Assembly: GCF_963921235.1 (NCBI RefSeq)
Contig: NC_086107.1
Coordinates: 116,810,001 to 116,874,000, forward strand
Direction: 5' to 3'
Source: Mobula hypostoma
Lineage: Eukaryota
Length of the DNA: 64,000 bases
The notes beneath the pieces were generated by a model. The model searched no databases, was not told the origin of the DNA, and saw only the letters and a program-made list of their open reading frames with translations. Of the stretch, positions 24,201 through 37,300 are shown in pieces. The translations under genes and the position numbers were made by a program. Every line of letters starts with the position of its first letter. The first letter of the stretch is position 1.

Positions 24201-26210
24201 GGGAGGTGATGGGAGATGGATGGAGTGAGGTGATGGGAGATGGATGGAGTGAGGTGATGGGAGATGGATGGAGTGAGGTGATGGGAGATGGATGGAGTGA
24301 GGTGATGGGAGATGGATGGAAGTAGCTGAGAAGAAAAGCAGGGTGCTAAGGGGAGATGGATGGAGGGAGGCGACGGGAGTTGGAGGGAGGGAGATGGATA
24401 AAGGGAGGTAGAGGAGATGGATCGATGGAGGTAGAAGAGATGGAGGGAGGGAATTAGGTGAAGAAAGATGGTGAGAGGAGAAGGAGGGAGGTGAGGGGAA
24501 AAGGAGGGAGTTAAATGGAAATTGAAGGAGGGAGATTGGGGAGATGGATGGAGGTTGGTAGAAGAAATGGATAGGTGGATGTAGTTGAGGGGCGATGGAT
24601 GTGAGGGGAAATGGAGGGTAGGAGGTGAGGGAGATGGACATAGAGGAGCAGAGATACATGGAGGGAGGAGGGGAAACGGACAGATGAGAGGAGATGGAGG
24701 GAGGCCGAGGGGAGATTCAGGGAGGGATGTGATGGAGGGAATTGAATGGCGATTTAGGGAGGGAGGTCGAGGTTAGTGAGGGCAGATAGATGGAAGTAGG
24801 TGAGGAGGAGGGACATGAGGGATGGAGGGAGTAAGCTAATGGGAAATTGAGGGTGATGAGGTGTGATTTAGGGACTGTGGAGATGGAGGGAGGTGAGAGG
24901 AGATGGGGATTGAGGTGAGGGAAGAGGGGGAGGGAGGTGAGGAGAGATGGAGGGATTTGAGGAGAGATGGAGGGGGTTGGTGAAGGGAGATGGAGGGAGG
25001 TGAGGTGAAATACTGGGAGAGGTGAGAGGATATGGTGGCTGAACTTTAGGGGAGATGGAGGGAGGGTGATGAAGTGAAATGGTTGGTGGTGAGGGGAGAT
25101 GTAGTGAGATGAGTGGAAAGGAGGGAGGGAAATAAATGGGAGCAAGGCAAGGGAAGGTGGAGGTAGGGTGGTGAGGGGAAATTGAGGGTAGTCAGGGGAG
25201 ATGTAGAGGGGAAGATGACAGATAGAGTGAGGTGAGTATACATGGTGGGAAGGAGTTGAGATGGAGGGAGATGAGGTGAGGGTGAGGGGAGATAGAGTGA
25301 AGTGAGTGGAGATGGAGGGAGGGAGGAGAGGGGAGATGTATGGATAATGATGGAAGGATTTGAGTGGAGATGGACAGAGGAAGGTTCAGGGAGATAGAGG
25401 ATATGGAGGGAGGTGAGGGGCATTATGAGGAAGGACATGAGGATGAGAGGAGATGGAGGGAGTCAGGGGAGATGGACAGTAGATATGAGGGAAGATGGGG
25501 AGAGGGTAGATGCCAGGTGGGAGCTGAAGGGAGCAGGAGGGAGGTGAGGGCAATAGAAAGGAGGACATGAGGGACAGAGGGAGTGAAATTGGAGACAGAG
25601 GGAAGGACTTGAGAGATGGAAGGGGTAAGGTGAGGTGAGATGGTGATGAGTGATGAAGAATGGAGTGAGGGAAGATGGAGGGAGGGAGATGAGTGTGATG
25701 TAGGGAGGGATGAGTAGTGTGAAGAGAGATGCTGGGAGGGAGTGAGGTGAGGGGAGATGGAGAGAGGAAGGTGAGGGGAGATAGGTGAAGGGAGGTAAGA
25801 GGAAAATGAGGGAGTGATGTGGTAGAGATGGAGCATGGGAGGTGAGGGGACAATTGGAGGAATAAGGTGAGGGAGATGGAGGAAGGTGAGGGCAGATGGA
25901 GGGGAAGAGGAGAGGATAGGAGGGAGGGAGTTTATGGGAGATAGAGCTGAGGGAAATGGAGGGGAGATGGATGGTAGAAGGCGAGAGGAGAAGGAGGATG
26001 TAAAACGAGGGGAATGAAGGAAGGTGAGGGGAGATGGAGTTAGGGGAGATGGATGGAGTTGTGATAGATGGAAGGAGGTGAGGGGAGATGGACAGAGGGT
26101 GAGGGAAGATGAAGGGAGTTAGGGGAGATGGATGGAGCTGGGATAGATGGAAGGAGGTGTATGGATATGGATGGAGGAAATTGAGTGGATATGGTGTGGT
26201 CGAGGAAGGG
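21290..26210. repeat. ~4.9 kb polypurine (GA-rich, C-poor) low-complexity tract built on GGAGATGGA/GAGGTGAGG, with a 24-bp internal tandem
   Basis: Direct composition; (gatggatggagtgaggtgatggga)n at ~23960-24320. Confidence 0.95.
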
Positions 26211-27355
26211 TCGCAGCGGAGGAGGAGAGAGAGGCTCGGGAGAGCGCTGAGTGCCGGGAAGCAGCTCAGGGGAGTGTGTTTTAAAACAGAGCGTGGAGGG
26301 CAACCGAAAGGTTAAACAGAGTGTTGATTAGTTGATTAGAGGGAGTGAGTACCTGAGATATTTGGCAGGGACAAATAAAAGGAGGGGTAACTGAAGAGGA
26401 GTGGCCAGTGTGTGAGTGGCTCAGGGTAGGAGTGGAGCTTTGAGGCTTTGGCTCGAGAGGCTTTGGCGAACAGAGGCTGAGGACGAGCCTGCTCCCAGTG
26501 AGGTCAGGCCAGGTAAGTTCCTTTAATTAATTTAATTAACTTAGGAGTAGGTAACGGAGGCAGCAGTTAGGGCAGTCGAGTGCTCCGTTTGCAGGATGTG
26601 GGAAGTCAGGGCGAGCACAATCGTCCCTGATGACTACACCTGTAAAAGGTGCATCCAGCTGCAGCTCCTGACAAACTGAGTTAGGGAACTGGAGCTGGAG
26701 CTGGACGAACTTCGGATCATTCGTGAGGCAGAGGCAGAAATAAACAGGAGTTACAGGGAGATAGTTACCCCTAAAAGTCAGGAGGCAGGTAGCTGTGTGA
26801 CTGTCAGGAGAGGGAAGGGGAACAGACAGAAAGAGCAGAGCATCCCTGTGGCCATTCCCGTCAATAATAAGTACATCGTTTTGGATACTGTTGATGGGGA
26901 CGACCTACCGGGGACAAGTTGCAATGGTTGCATCTCTGGCACCGAGACTGGACCCTCAATTCAGAAGGGAAGGAGGGAAAAGAGGAGAGCAGTAGTGATA
27001 GGGGATTCGATAGTTAGGGGGACAGATAAGAGGTTCTGTGGGAGAGATTGAGAATCCCAAATGGTCTGTTGCCTCCCTGGTGCCAGGGTCCGCGATCGCT
27101 CAGATCGAGTTCTCGGTATTCTCAGGAGGGAGGGTGAGCAGCCGGATGTCGTGGTCCATGTAGGGACCAATGACGTGGGTAGGAAGGAGGAGGAGGTCCT
27201 GCAAAGAGAGTTCAGAGAGTTAGGTGCAAAGTTGAAGGACAGGACCTCCAGGGTTGCAATCTCAGGATTGCTACCCGTGCCACGTGCTAGTGAGGCTAGA
27301 AATAGGAAGATAATGCAGCTAAAGACGTGGCTAAGGAGATGGTGCAGGAGGGAGG
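26210..27355 (+). mobile_element. CR1 5' UTR + ORF1 pseudogene (zinc finger, coiled coil, SGNH esterase), 3'-truncated
   Basis: ECSVCRMWE..YTCKRC, VIGDSIVRG, CCLPGA and VVHVGTND motifs with in-frame stops. Confidence 0.9.
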
Positions 27356-27456
27356 GAAATGAGCAGAGATTGAGGATGGTAAAGGATATGAGGGGAAATG
27401 GAGGGAGGAAGGGAGATGACTGGAGGTGGAGGGAGGGAAGACCGATGCGAGTAGAG

Positions 27457-27504
27457 ACATTTCCTGTCAATCAGTCCTGAGCCAAACAGGAAATGTTTAC
27501 CACA
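27457..27504. promoter_or_regulatory. Inverted pair of ETS sites plus a RUNX site (candidate enhancer)
   Basis: ACATTTCCTGT (27457-27467) and ACAGGAAATGT (27486-27496) form a perfect 11-bp inverted repeat; ACCACA at 27499. Confidence 0.35.
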
Positions 27505-27839
27505 TACTGTGTACAGTTCGAGCCCACAGACACACTTTGAGACACAGAGAGGCACTTATACACAGACTGACACACACTCAGACACCCTTGTATATACACA
27601 CACACTTCTTCGCTTGTCCATCAAAATCCGATGACGACGTCCACTCTTTAACGGTGAGATCTTTGATGACTATACAGTCCTATCCTGGACCCACAAGCTC
27701 TATTGCAGGTGGGACATGTATATGTGGTCGTGGTGACAGCCATGGCTGCATTTCTCCTGCCTCTCTTCTGCTGTCTTCTGGTTGTTCTTTCCATCTCCAG
27801 AATACCAACCCCGTCCCTACACAGCTGTCGCTAAGTGGT

Positions 27840-27884
27840 ACACACACATACACACACACTGACAGACAGACAGACAGACAGACA

Positions 27885-27925
<41 letters not shown>

Positions 27926-28270
27926 AAACAGCACAGAAACACACACTCACACTGAAACACACACACACACTGAAACAGACACACACAAACACACACATAC
28001 AGACTTTTGAATTCTTTCCATTAGATGGGTACACAGAGCAATGGCGCCCCTTTATCACCTCCTTCTTTCACTCCATCTCTCCCTCCCCATCTCTCTCCCC
28101 CTTTTCTCTCATTCCCACTGCTGACTCTCTCTACCCCCTCTTTCCTTCTCTGTCTCTCCACTCCTCTTCCCCCCTCACTCTCCTCTCTCACTTTGCATTC
28201 CCTCTCTCTCCTCCCTCTCTCTCTCCTCTATCTCCCCTCTCACTCCATATCTGCACCTTCCTCCCCAACC
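27840..28270. repeat. (CA)n/(CAGA)n microsatellite followed by a CT-rich tract
   Basis: Direct inspection. Confidence 0.9.
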
Positions 28271-28317
28271 AGCCCCAGTAAGCTGGTGGAGGAGATTCTG
28301 AGGGATAAGATGATAAA

Positions 28318-29130
28318 GTCAAACTCAAAGTAAAATTTATCAACAAAGTACATAAGTTACCAAATATTCCCCTCAGATTTATTTTCTTGAAGGCATTTAC
28401 AGGAAAATAAAGAAATACAATAGAATTTGTGAAAGTTATACATGATCAATGTCTGACAAAGAACAAATGTGTTAGAGAAGACAAGTTGTACAAAGAAAAA
28501 TTAACACTGACAAGGAGTTGTAGACTTCTTGAAGCAGAATACATAGGTTGTGGAATCAGTTCAGTGTCGAGGAGAGTGAAGTTATCTGTGGTGGTTCATG
28601 AAGGGTAGTAACTGTTCCTGAACCTGGTGGTGTGGGTCCTGAGTCTCCTGTACCTCTTTCCTGAAGGCAGCAGTGAGAAGACAGAAATGGCCGGAACAAT
28701 GGGGTCCCTCATGACAGATGCTGCTTTGTGTCAGTGCTCCACAAAAATATACTCAATGGTGGGGACGGCCAAGATGAACAGGGCTATATCCAACAGTTTC
28801 AGTAGATTTGTTCTGCTCAACAGAATTGTGTTTCCATACCAGGACATGAAGCAACTAGGCAGGATCCTCCCCACAACACATCTATAGAAATTTGCTGAAG
28901 TTTTAGATTGCATGCTGAGTTTTCAGAACCCTCTATGAAAGCAGAGGTACTGCCATGTCTTCATTGTAATTGCACTCACTTGCCGGACCCAGTTCAGATC
29001 CTCTAATACGGTAAAACCACAGAATCTGAAGTTACTGAGCCTCTCCACCTCTAATGACTTGATGAGGACTCGTGGACCTCTGGTCTCTTCCTTCTGTATC
29101 AATAATCAGCTTGGTGGTTTTCATGTTAAC
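28318..29130 (-). mobile_element. Degenerate Rex1/Babar-like 3' fragment
   Basis: ORF 28731-28913 FYRCVVGRILPSCFMSWYGN resembles [18 protein letters not shown] of the 42525 ORF. Confidence 0.7.
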
Positions 29131-31559
29131 TGAGAGGGCAAGCAACCTCAAGAAGGCAACGTCCACCATCAAAGATCCCAACTGGAGGCCCAGTCAGCAG
29201 CGGGAACAGAGCACTTCAAGGAGGTTAGTCGCAGGTCAATGAAGCTTGTATAAAAAGGAGAGCTTTGCTGGCATTCGGACACTCCAGAGGCCCAATCAGC
29301 AGCTGGAGAAGAGCACTGCAAACTAAAGAAAAGTATAGAAGGGACAAGTGGGGTGGCCATTGTTGGGAGTAGGCCAGCAGTGAGAGGAGGAGGGTCAGGC
29401 TTCCAAGAGAAGTGGCTTCGACCCGAAGAGGCCTCGACAAGAAGAGGCTGGGGTTAAAGAAACAGTTTAGAAGGGTAGGTTTTTCCTCTTGTTATTGCTG
29501 ATTTAGTCTTGGTTGCCCATTGGACAGTGCAGGCAGGATGGCAGATATGGCAGAGGAATGCTCCTCCTGTAGGATGTGGGAATTCATGGAACCTGATGGC
29601 CTCCCTGATGACTACACTTACTGGAAGTGCAGCCAACCCCAGCTCCTGAAAGACCACATCAAGGAAGCTGGAGCTGGAGGTGAAAGAACTAAGGATCACC
29701 CGGGAGGCAGAGCATTTGATAAATACGACTTTTGAGCAGGTGGTTACACCCAGCGTGTGTAATTCAGGGAGTAGGTGGGTGAACACCGAGAGAGGTAAAG
29801 GGAGAAAGAAGTCAGTGCAGGGTTCTCGTGTCTCCCCTCAGCAACAGGTGGATGCTGCTGTGGGAGATGACCTACCCGGGCAAGGCAGCAGCAGCCAGAC
29901 CAATAGCACTGTGGTCAGCACTGAGCCTCAGAAGGGAAGGGTTAAGTCAGGCAGAGCAATAGTCATCGGGGACGCGATAGTTAGGGGGACAGTTAGGAGA
30001 TTCTGTGGCAACGAAAAAGAGGCGCCCGGATAATGTGTTGCTTCCCAGGTGCTAGGGTCCAGGATGTCTCTGAGCAGTTACAGAATATTACTGAAGGGGA
30101 GGGTGAGCAGCTGGAGGTCGTGGTACATGTTGGTACCAGTGACATAGGCAGGAGAGGGGTAGCGGTTCTGCGCAGTAGGTTTAGGGAGTTAGGAAGGAGG
30201 CTGAAGAACAGGATCTCCAAGGTGGTCATCTCCAGATTACTCACGGTGCCATGAGCTGGGGAAGGTCAGAACATGAAGATAGTGCAGATGAATGAGTGAC
30301 TGAGGAGATGGTGCAGGGGCAGGGTTTCAAGTTCTTCGATCATTGGAACGGGTGACCTGATCAAGTGGGACGGGTTGCACCTGAATCCAAGGGGAACCAA
30401 TATCCTTGGAGGGAGGTTTGCTAATGCTATAGGGGAGGGTTAAAACTAGATTTGCAGGGGGTGGGAACTGAAGTGGAGGCAGGGGATGGGGCGGTTAGCA
30501 CACAAGTAGAGACAGCTTGTAGAGTGTTTGTGAGGAAGGATAAGCAAATGATAGAGCAAAGATGCACACAGCTATACGGTTTGAGATGTGATCATTTTAA
30601 TGCAAGGAGTATCATAGACAAGCCGAATGAACTTAGAGCGTGGATCAATACGTGGAACTATGAAGTTGTGGCCATTACAGAGACGTGGGTGTCTCAGGGG
30701 CAGGAATGGCTGCTGAGTGTGCCGGTCTTTAGATGTTTCAAAAAGGACAGGGAAGGAGGCAAAAGAGATCGGGGAGTCAGGGATAATATTATGGCTGCAG
30801 GAAAGGAGGAAGTCAGGTACTCCCTACTGAGTCTCTGTGGGTGGAAGTTAGAAACAGGAAGGGGGCAATAACTCTACTGGGTGTTTTTTTTATACATCCC
30901 CCAATAGTAATAGAGAAATCAAGGAGCAGATAGGGAGGTAGATCCTGGAACAGTGCAATCATAATAGGGTTGTTGTGATGGGTGATTTTAACTTTCCTTA
31001 TATTGACTGGCATCTCCTTAGAACAAGGGATTTAGATGGAGTGGTGTTTGTTAAGTGTGTTCAAGAAGGTTTCCTGACATAATATGTAGATAAACCAGTT
31101 GGAGGAGATGCTGTACTTGATCTGGTAATGGAAAATAAACCTGGTCAGGTGTCAGATCTCTTGGTGGAAGAACATTTTGGAGGTAGTGATCACAATTCTA
31201 TCTCCTTTACCATATCGCTGAAGAGGAATAGGAACAGATAATTTGGGAAAACATTTAATTGGGGTGGGGGAAATATGATTTAGGAACATAAACTGGGAAC
31301 AGATGTTCTCAGGGAAATGCAGGGCAGAAATGTGGCAAATGTTCAGGGAACATTTGCACGGTGTTCTGCATAGGTATGTTCCATTGAGGCAGGGAAAGGA
31401 TGGTAGGGTAAAAGAACTATTAGTCCATGAGCCAAGACCCCAAATTTGGGCCACTGGTACCATCTGGGGGGAATAATTCTTATAGTGATTTTTGGCAAGG
31501 TATGCACCTAGAAAATATGTGATAGCATTGCAGCAGTGGTAGCTTTCTGCCTCCATCAA

Positions 31560-34323
31560 GCTTCATGTCTTCACCAATCTTGCATGGGACAATATCAATA
31601 GACTTGAGGAAACCCTCGCTGGAAAGGGAACATCACATAGAGTCAATGGCATAGTGGTACAGCCCAATGTCTATGGACCACATCTGCCAAGAACTGAGCT
31701 TCCACATATTCAGAAACTGAAGCAGAGATCAGTCACCATTGAGGACCAAGAACTGAAAGTATACGTAGCATGTGTGCACGTGTGGGCCCACAGTCTTTCC
31801 TACCCAGGGAACACTGTGTCCAGGAAACCAAGGAAGCTGCTCTTCTTGCTTGCAAGAAGAACCTGACCTAGACACTTGGAAGGCAAACAGATCCAGAGAA
31901 TCAGACAATCCCAAGCTGGACTGGTTTCAATACCAACACCAGGGACCAAGAACCAATCTTACAAGATATTGTTGGGTATCTGCCAACCATCAGTTGACCA
32001 ACTATAGAGCTGACCACAGTATTTGAAATCCTGAACCAATCAGAGCTAATCAGGAAGGAACTTCATCTAGAAACAATTGTGGTAGTCATGGATCAAGTAC
32101 TCTATGCAAAAGCCACTGAAATTGCCTGGAAGCACAAAGAGCACTCCTCCAACATTCTTCTCAGGATGGGGACATTCCATACCATATGTAATGCCTTAGT
32201 CATCCTAGGAAAGCGATTTCAGGATGCTGGTCTAAAGGACGTATGCATAGAGGCTGGAATTGTCACAGAGGGGTCCATCAATGGAGTCCTTGATGATAAA
32301 CACTTCAATCATGCTGTCAGGGTCCACAAGTACATCTATGAAGCACTGCTGAGATGCTCATGGGCAGAGCTCACACCATGGGTTGAGGACAACGTTCCAG
32401 AGAGGAGTGGGATGATCAAATCATTCTTAGACCATGTGAACAACATGGCCAGTGACTTGAACCAACAGAAGTTGAACAATCTGCTGCAAAGTCCACTCTT
32501 AGCTGAGCTGATAACCCTGTGGATGGACTTTCTGGAACACCTCCATCACAACAGTGGAGAGTTATCTGCATTCTGGATATCATACATTGACATGGTAGAG
32601 AGCGGAGTACTTGGGTTTCTGTGCGCCTCTCGTGGGAGGGACTGGGATTTGCACCTCCATGCTATAAGAACCATGACCCCATGGTGCTTTGCCTATGATA
32701 AGATGAATTATGCCAGGTACCTGTCCCCTTACTTTGCTCAGATGATGAACCTCCCAGAGAAGAATCCTTCTGTGCATGAGGCCTTCAAGACAGGCCAATT
32801 CTCAGCGCAATTGTCAAGTAACAACCCCTTTGGGCAGATCCCTGTGGACCAGGCTATTGAAGCCACAGTGAACAAAGACACACAGACTCCTGGAGGCACA
32901 TCACGGTTCAGCCTGAATGCTGGAGCTATCAAGTGTTACTACATAACAGTTGCATTCTTGGGACAGTTAAGGAAGATGGTGCAAGGCAACAAATCAGAGC
33001 TTTGTCATGCGGAGCTACAGCAGCCAAGAATCCAGAAAGATGAGGAAGCAGTTTCAGCAGTGGTTAGCCTCATACATGAATGGGTCAACCCATTTGCAGA
33101 GAAGCAGGACCTCATTAGTATCTCTACAGCAAAGGCAGCCCCCAAGGACATTGCCTCCGACCTGATGAAGGCATATGAGATTGGTGAGCAATGCTATGCA
33201 ATCGTCAAGAATGAGAGACTAGAGGAAGACCCACCAACAAAGAAATTCCATGACCCAATGAAAACTAATAAGCTGAAAACATTCAGTGATATGTGTAAGA
33301 AGAGAGAAGTGAAATCAAATGGGAGGGCGATCATCTTGAAAGCAGACAGGTCTGTGTTTGGACGCATCGGGTGATTGCACAAGGGTGCAGTCTACGTATG
33401 GAGGATATCCTTTCTCATCCCCTTGGACCATTGCCCTGGGCCCTGTCCACACCAGAAGGATTGATGAGAAAGACAAATAAAGCTACTTTAGCTACAACCT
33501 TGCAGAAAAAATGTAGCAGTAGAAGAGCAACTCCCAGGAAACTCTGCTACAATGGTTGATGGAATGAACTTGGTCCAAAGAGTGAAAAGTGATCAAGTTA
33601 CTTTCAGAGATGTTGCCACAACAATTCTGGGTATAGCTCTGAGGGAAGGCAGTCAGAGTAGCAGAACAGATGTTGTGTTCGACACATACAAGGAGAACTC
33701 TATCAAGAATAGTGAAAGATCTCCACGGGGTGAAGAGACTGGTCATGAGTTGCAAGGTATCACAGACACACAGATGGTGAGGCAGTGGAGGAGCTTCCTG
33801 ACCAAAGTCAGTAACAAAAATAGTCTTGTTAATTTCATTGTCCATGAATGGCGGAAGGTGGAGTACAGAACAAAGCTACAGGAGAAGATTCTGTATGCAA
33901 TTGTGTATGACAAGTGTTTCAGAATCGCATCTCAAGACAGTGAGGAGGTGTCAGCTCTTCAGTGTCAACAAGAAGAAGCAGATGGCCACCTACTGCTCCA
34001 TGCTGCCCATGCCACAAGAGAGGGATCCCAATCTGTAGTGATCTGCTCAGAAGACACAGATGTCTTTATCATGTCTTTAGCATTTTGTGACAAGATTGAG
34101 GCCCCATTGTTCCAGAAGTATGGCACTAGAACCCGTATAAGGCTTGTAGACATCAGGAAGGTTGCTGCCACTGTTGGCATAGAGGTTTCTGGGCTCTCAT
34201 CGGGTTGCACGCATATACAGGATGTGACACTGTAAGCGCTTTTGTTGGCAAAGGGAAGACAAGTGCCCTAAAACTTCTGACCAGCAACAGGGAAACTCAG
34301 GACACATTCAAAGAGTTAGATCA
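31560..34323 (+). pseudogene. Academ transposase + XPG/FEN1-like nuclease coding region (frameshifted)
   Basis: WDNI, DQVLYAKA, RMGTFH, NYARY, DQAIEATVNKD; nuclease motifs DGM, VVFD, QEEADG, SEDTDV, HAYTGCDTVSAFVGKGK. Confidence 0.85.
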
Positions 34324-37300
34324 TTCATAGAGGTGATGGGGCAAATTTGTAGCCATTGGGATGAGTTGCAGTGCAATCAAAGCGAAAAGTACCAAATACT
34401 GGTCTTAAGGTGTTATACTTAAATCCACGCAGCATAAGCAATAAGGTGGATGATCTTGTCGTACAGCTACAGATTGGCAGGTATGATATTGTGGCCATCA
34501 CTGAGAAGTGGCTAAAGGATACATGTCTCTGGGAGCTGAACGTCCAAGGATACACGGTGTATCGGAAGGATAGGAAGGTAGGCAGAGGGGGAGGCGTGGC
34601 TTTATTGGTAAGAAATGATATTAAATCATTAGAAGGAGGTGATATAGGATCGGAAGGTGCAGAATCTTTATGGGTTGAACTAAGAAATCGCAGGGGTAAA
34701 AGGACCCTGATGGCAGTTATTTATAGGCCTCCAAACAGCTGCAGTGATGTGGACTACAAATTACAACAGGAAATAGAAAAGGCTTGTCAGAAGGGCAGTG
34801 TTATGATAATTGTGGGGGATTTTAACATGCGAGCGGATTGGGAAAATCAGGTCGGCACTGGATCTCAAGAGAGAGAATTTATAGATTGTCTGCGAGATGG
34901 CTTTTTAGAACAGCTTGTTTTTGAGCCCACTAGGGGATCGGCTGTACTGGATTGGGTATTGTGTAATGAACCGTAGATGATTAGAGAGATTGAGGTGAAG
35001 GAACCCTTAGGAGGCAATGATCATAACATGATTGAGTTCACTGTGAAATTTGAAAAAGAGAAGCCGAAATCTGATGTGTCGGTATTTCAGTGGAGTAAAG
35101 GAAATTACAGTGACATGAGAGAGGAACTGGCCAAAGTTGACTAGAAAGGGACACTGGCGGGAAAGACAGCAGAGCAGCAGTGGCTGGAGTTTATGCAAGA
35201 AGTGAGGAAGGTGCAAGACAGGTATATTCCAAAAAAGAAGAAATTTTCGAATGGAAAAAGGATGCAACCGTGGTTGACAAGAGAAGTCAAAGCCAAAGTT
35301 AAAGCAAAGGAGAGGGCATACAAGGAAGCAAAAATTAGTGGGAAGACAGAGGATTGGGAAGTTTTTAAAACCTTACAAAAGAAAACTAAGAAGGTCATTA
35401 AGAGGGAAAAGATTATCTATGAAAGGAAGCTAGCAAATAATATCAAAGAGGATACGAAAAGCTTTTTCAAGTATATAAAGAGTAAAAGACAGGTGAGAAT
35501 AGATATAGGATCGATAGAAGATGATGCTGGAGAAATCGTAATGGGAGATAAGGAGATGGCAGAGGAACTGAACGAGTATTTTGCATCAGTCTTTACTGAG
35601 GAAGACATCAGCAGTATACCGGACACTCAAGGGTGGCAGGGAAGAGAAGTGAGCACAGTCGCAATTATGACAGAGAAAGTACTCAAGAAGCTGAATAGTC
35701 TAAAGACAGATTAATCTCCCGGACCCTCGTGTTCTGAAGGAAGTAGCTGTGGAGATTGCGGAGGCATTAGCGATGATCTTTCAAAAGTCAATAGATTCTG
35801 GCATGGTTCCGGAGGACTGGAAGATTGCAAATGTCACTCCGCTATTTAAGAAGGGGGCAAGGAAGCAAAAAGGAAATTATAGACCTGTTAGCTTGACATC
35901 CGTGGTTGGGAAGTTGTTGGAGTCGATTGTCAAGGATGAGGTTACAGAGTGCTTGGAGGCATATGACAAGATAGGCAGAACTCAGCATGGATTCCTTAAA
36001 GGAAAATCCTGCCTGACAAACCTATTACAATTTTTTGAGGAAATTACCAGTAGGCTAGACAAGGGAGATGCAGTGGATGTTGTATATTTGGATTTTCAGA
36101 AGGCCTTTGACAAGGTGTCACACATGAGGCTACTTAACAAGATAAGAGCCCTTGGAATTACGGGAAAGTTACATATGTGGATAGGGTGTTGGCTGATTGG
36201 CAGGAAACAGAGAGTGGGAATAAAGGGATCCTATTCTGGTTGGCTGCCGGTTACCAGTGGTGTTCCACAGGGGTCCGTGTTGGGGCCGCTTCTTTTTACA
36301 TTGTACATCAACGATTTGGATTATGGAATAGATGGCTTTGTGGCTAAGTTTGCTGATGATATGAAGATAGGTGGAGGGGCCAGTAGTGCTGTGGAAACGG
36401 AGAGTCTGCAGAGAGACTTGGATAGATTGGAAGAATGGGCAAAGAAGTGGCAAATGAAATAGAAACATAGAAACATAGAAAATAGGTGCAGGAGTAGGCC
36501 ATTCGGCCCTTCGAGCCTGCACCGCCATTTATTATGATCATGGCTGATCATCCAACTCAGAACCCAGCCTTCCCTCCATACCCCCTGACCCCTGTAGCCA
36601 CAAGGGCCATATCTAACTTCCTTTTAAACATAGCTAATGAACTGGCCTCAACAGTTTGCTGTGGCAGAGAATTCCACAGATTCACCACTCTCTGTGTGAA
36701 GAAGTTTTTCCTAACCTCGGTCCTAAAAGGCTTCCCCTCTATCCTCAAACTGTGACCCCTCGTTCTAGACCTCCCCAACATCGGGAACAATCTTCCCGCA
36801 TCTAGCCTGTCCAATCCCTTTAGGATCTTATACGTTTCAATCAGATCCCCCCTCAATCTTCTAAATTCCAACGAGTACAAGCCCAGTTCATCCAGTCTTT
36901 CTTCATATGAAAGACCTGCCATCCCAGGAATCAATCTGGTGAACCTTCTTTGTACTCCCTCTATGGCAAAGATGTCTTTCCTCAGATTAGGGGACCAAAA
37001 CTGCACACAATACTCCAGGTGTGGTCTCACCAAGGCCTTGTACAACTGCAGTAGTACCTCCCTGCTCCTGTACTCGAATCCTCTCGCTATAAATGCCAGC
37101 ATACCATTCGCCTTTTTCACCGCCTGCTGTACCTGCATGCCCACTTTCAATGACTGGTGTATAATGACACCCAGGTCTCGTTGCACCTCCCCTTTTCCTA
37201 ATCGGCAACCATTCAGATAATAATCTGTTTTCCTATTTTTGCCACCAAAGTGGATAACTTCACATTTATCCACATTAAATTGCATCTGCCATGAGTTTGC

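Noticed and set aside
21290..26210. Immunoglobulin switch-like region
   Set aside because: G-rich, but few AGCT motifs and no Ig exons in the window.
21311..26303. Long Pro/Ser/His/Leu-rich minus-strand ORFs
   Set aside because: Open in several frames only because the polypyrimidine strand lacks stop codons.
27607..27835. Possible exon or RTE-like fragment between CA tracts
   Set aside because: No convincing splice sites or protein motif could be established by eye.
32079..33374. 431-aa ORF as a host or domesticated gene
   Set aside because: It lies inside Academ TIRs, flanking coding parts are frameshifted, and a CR1 disrupts the polyprotein.
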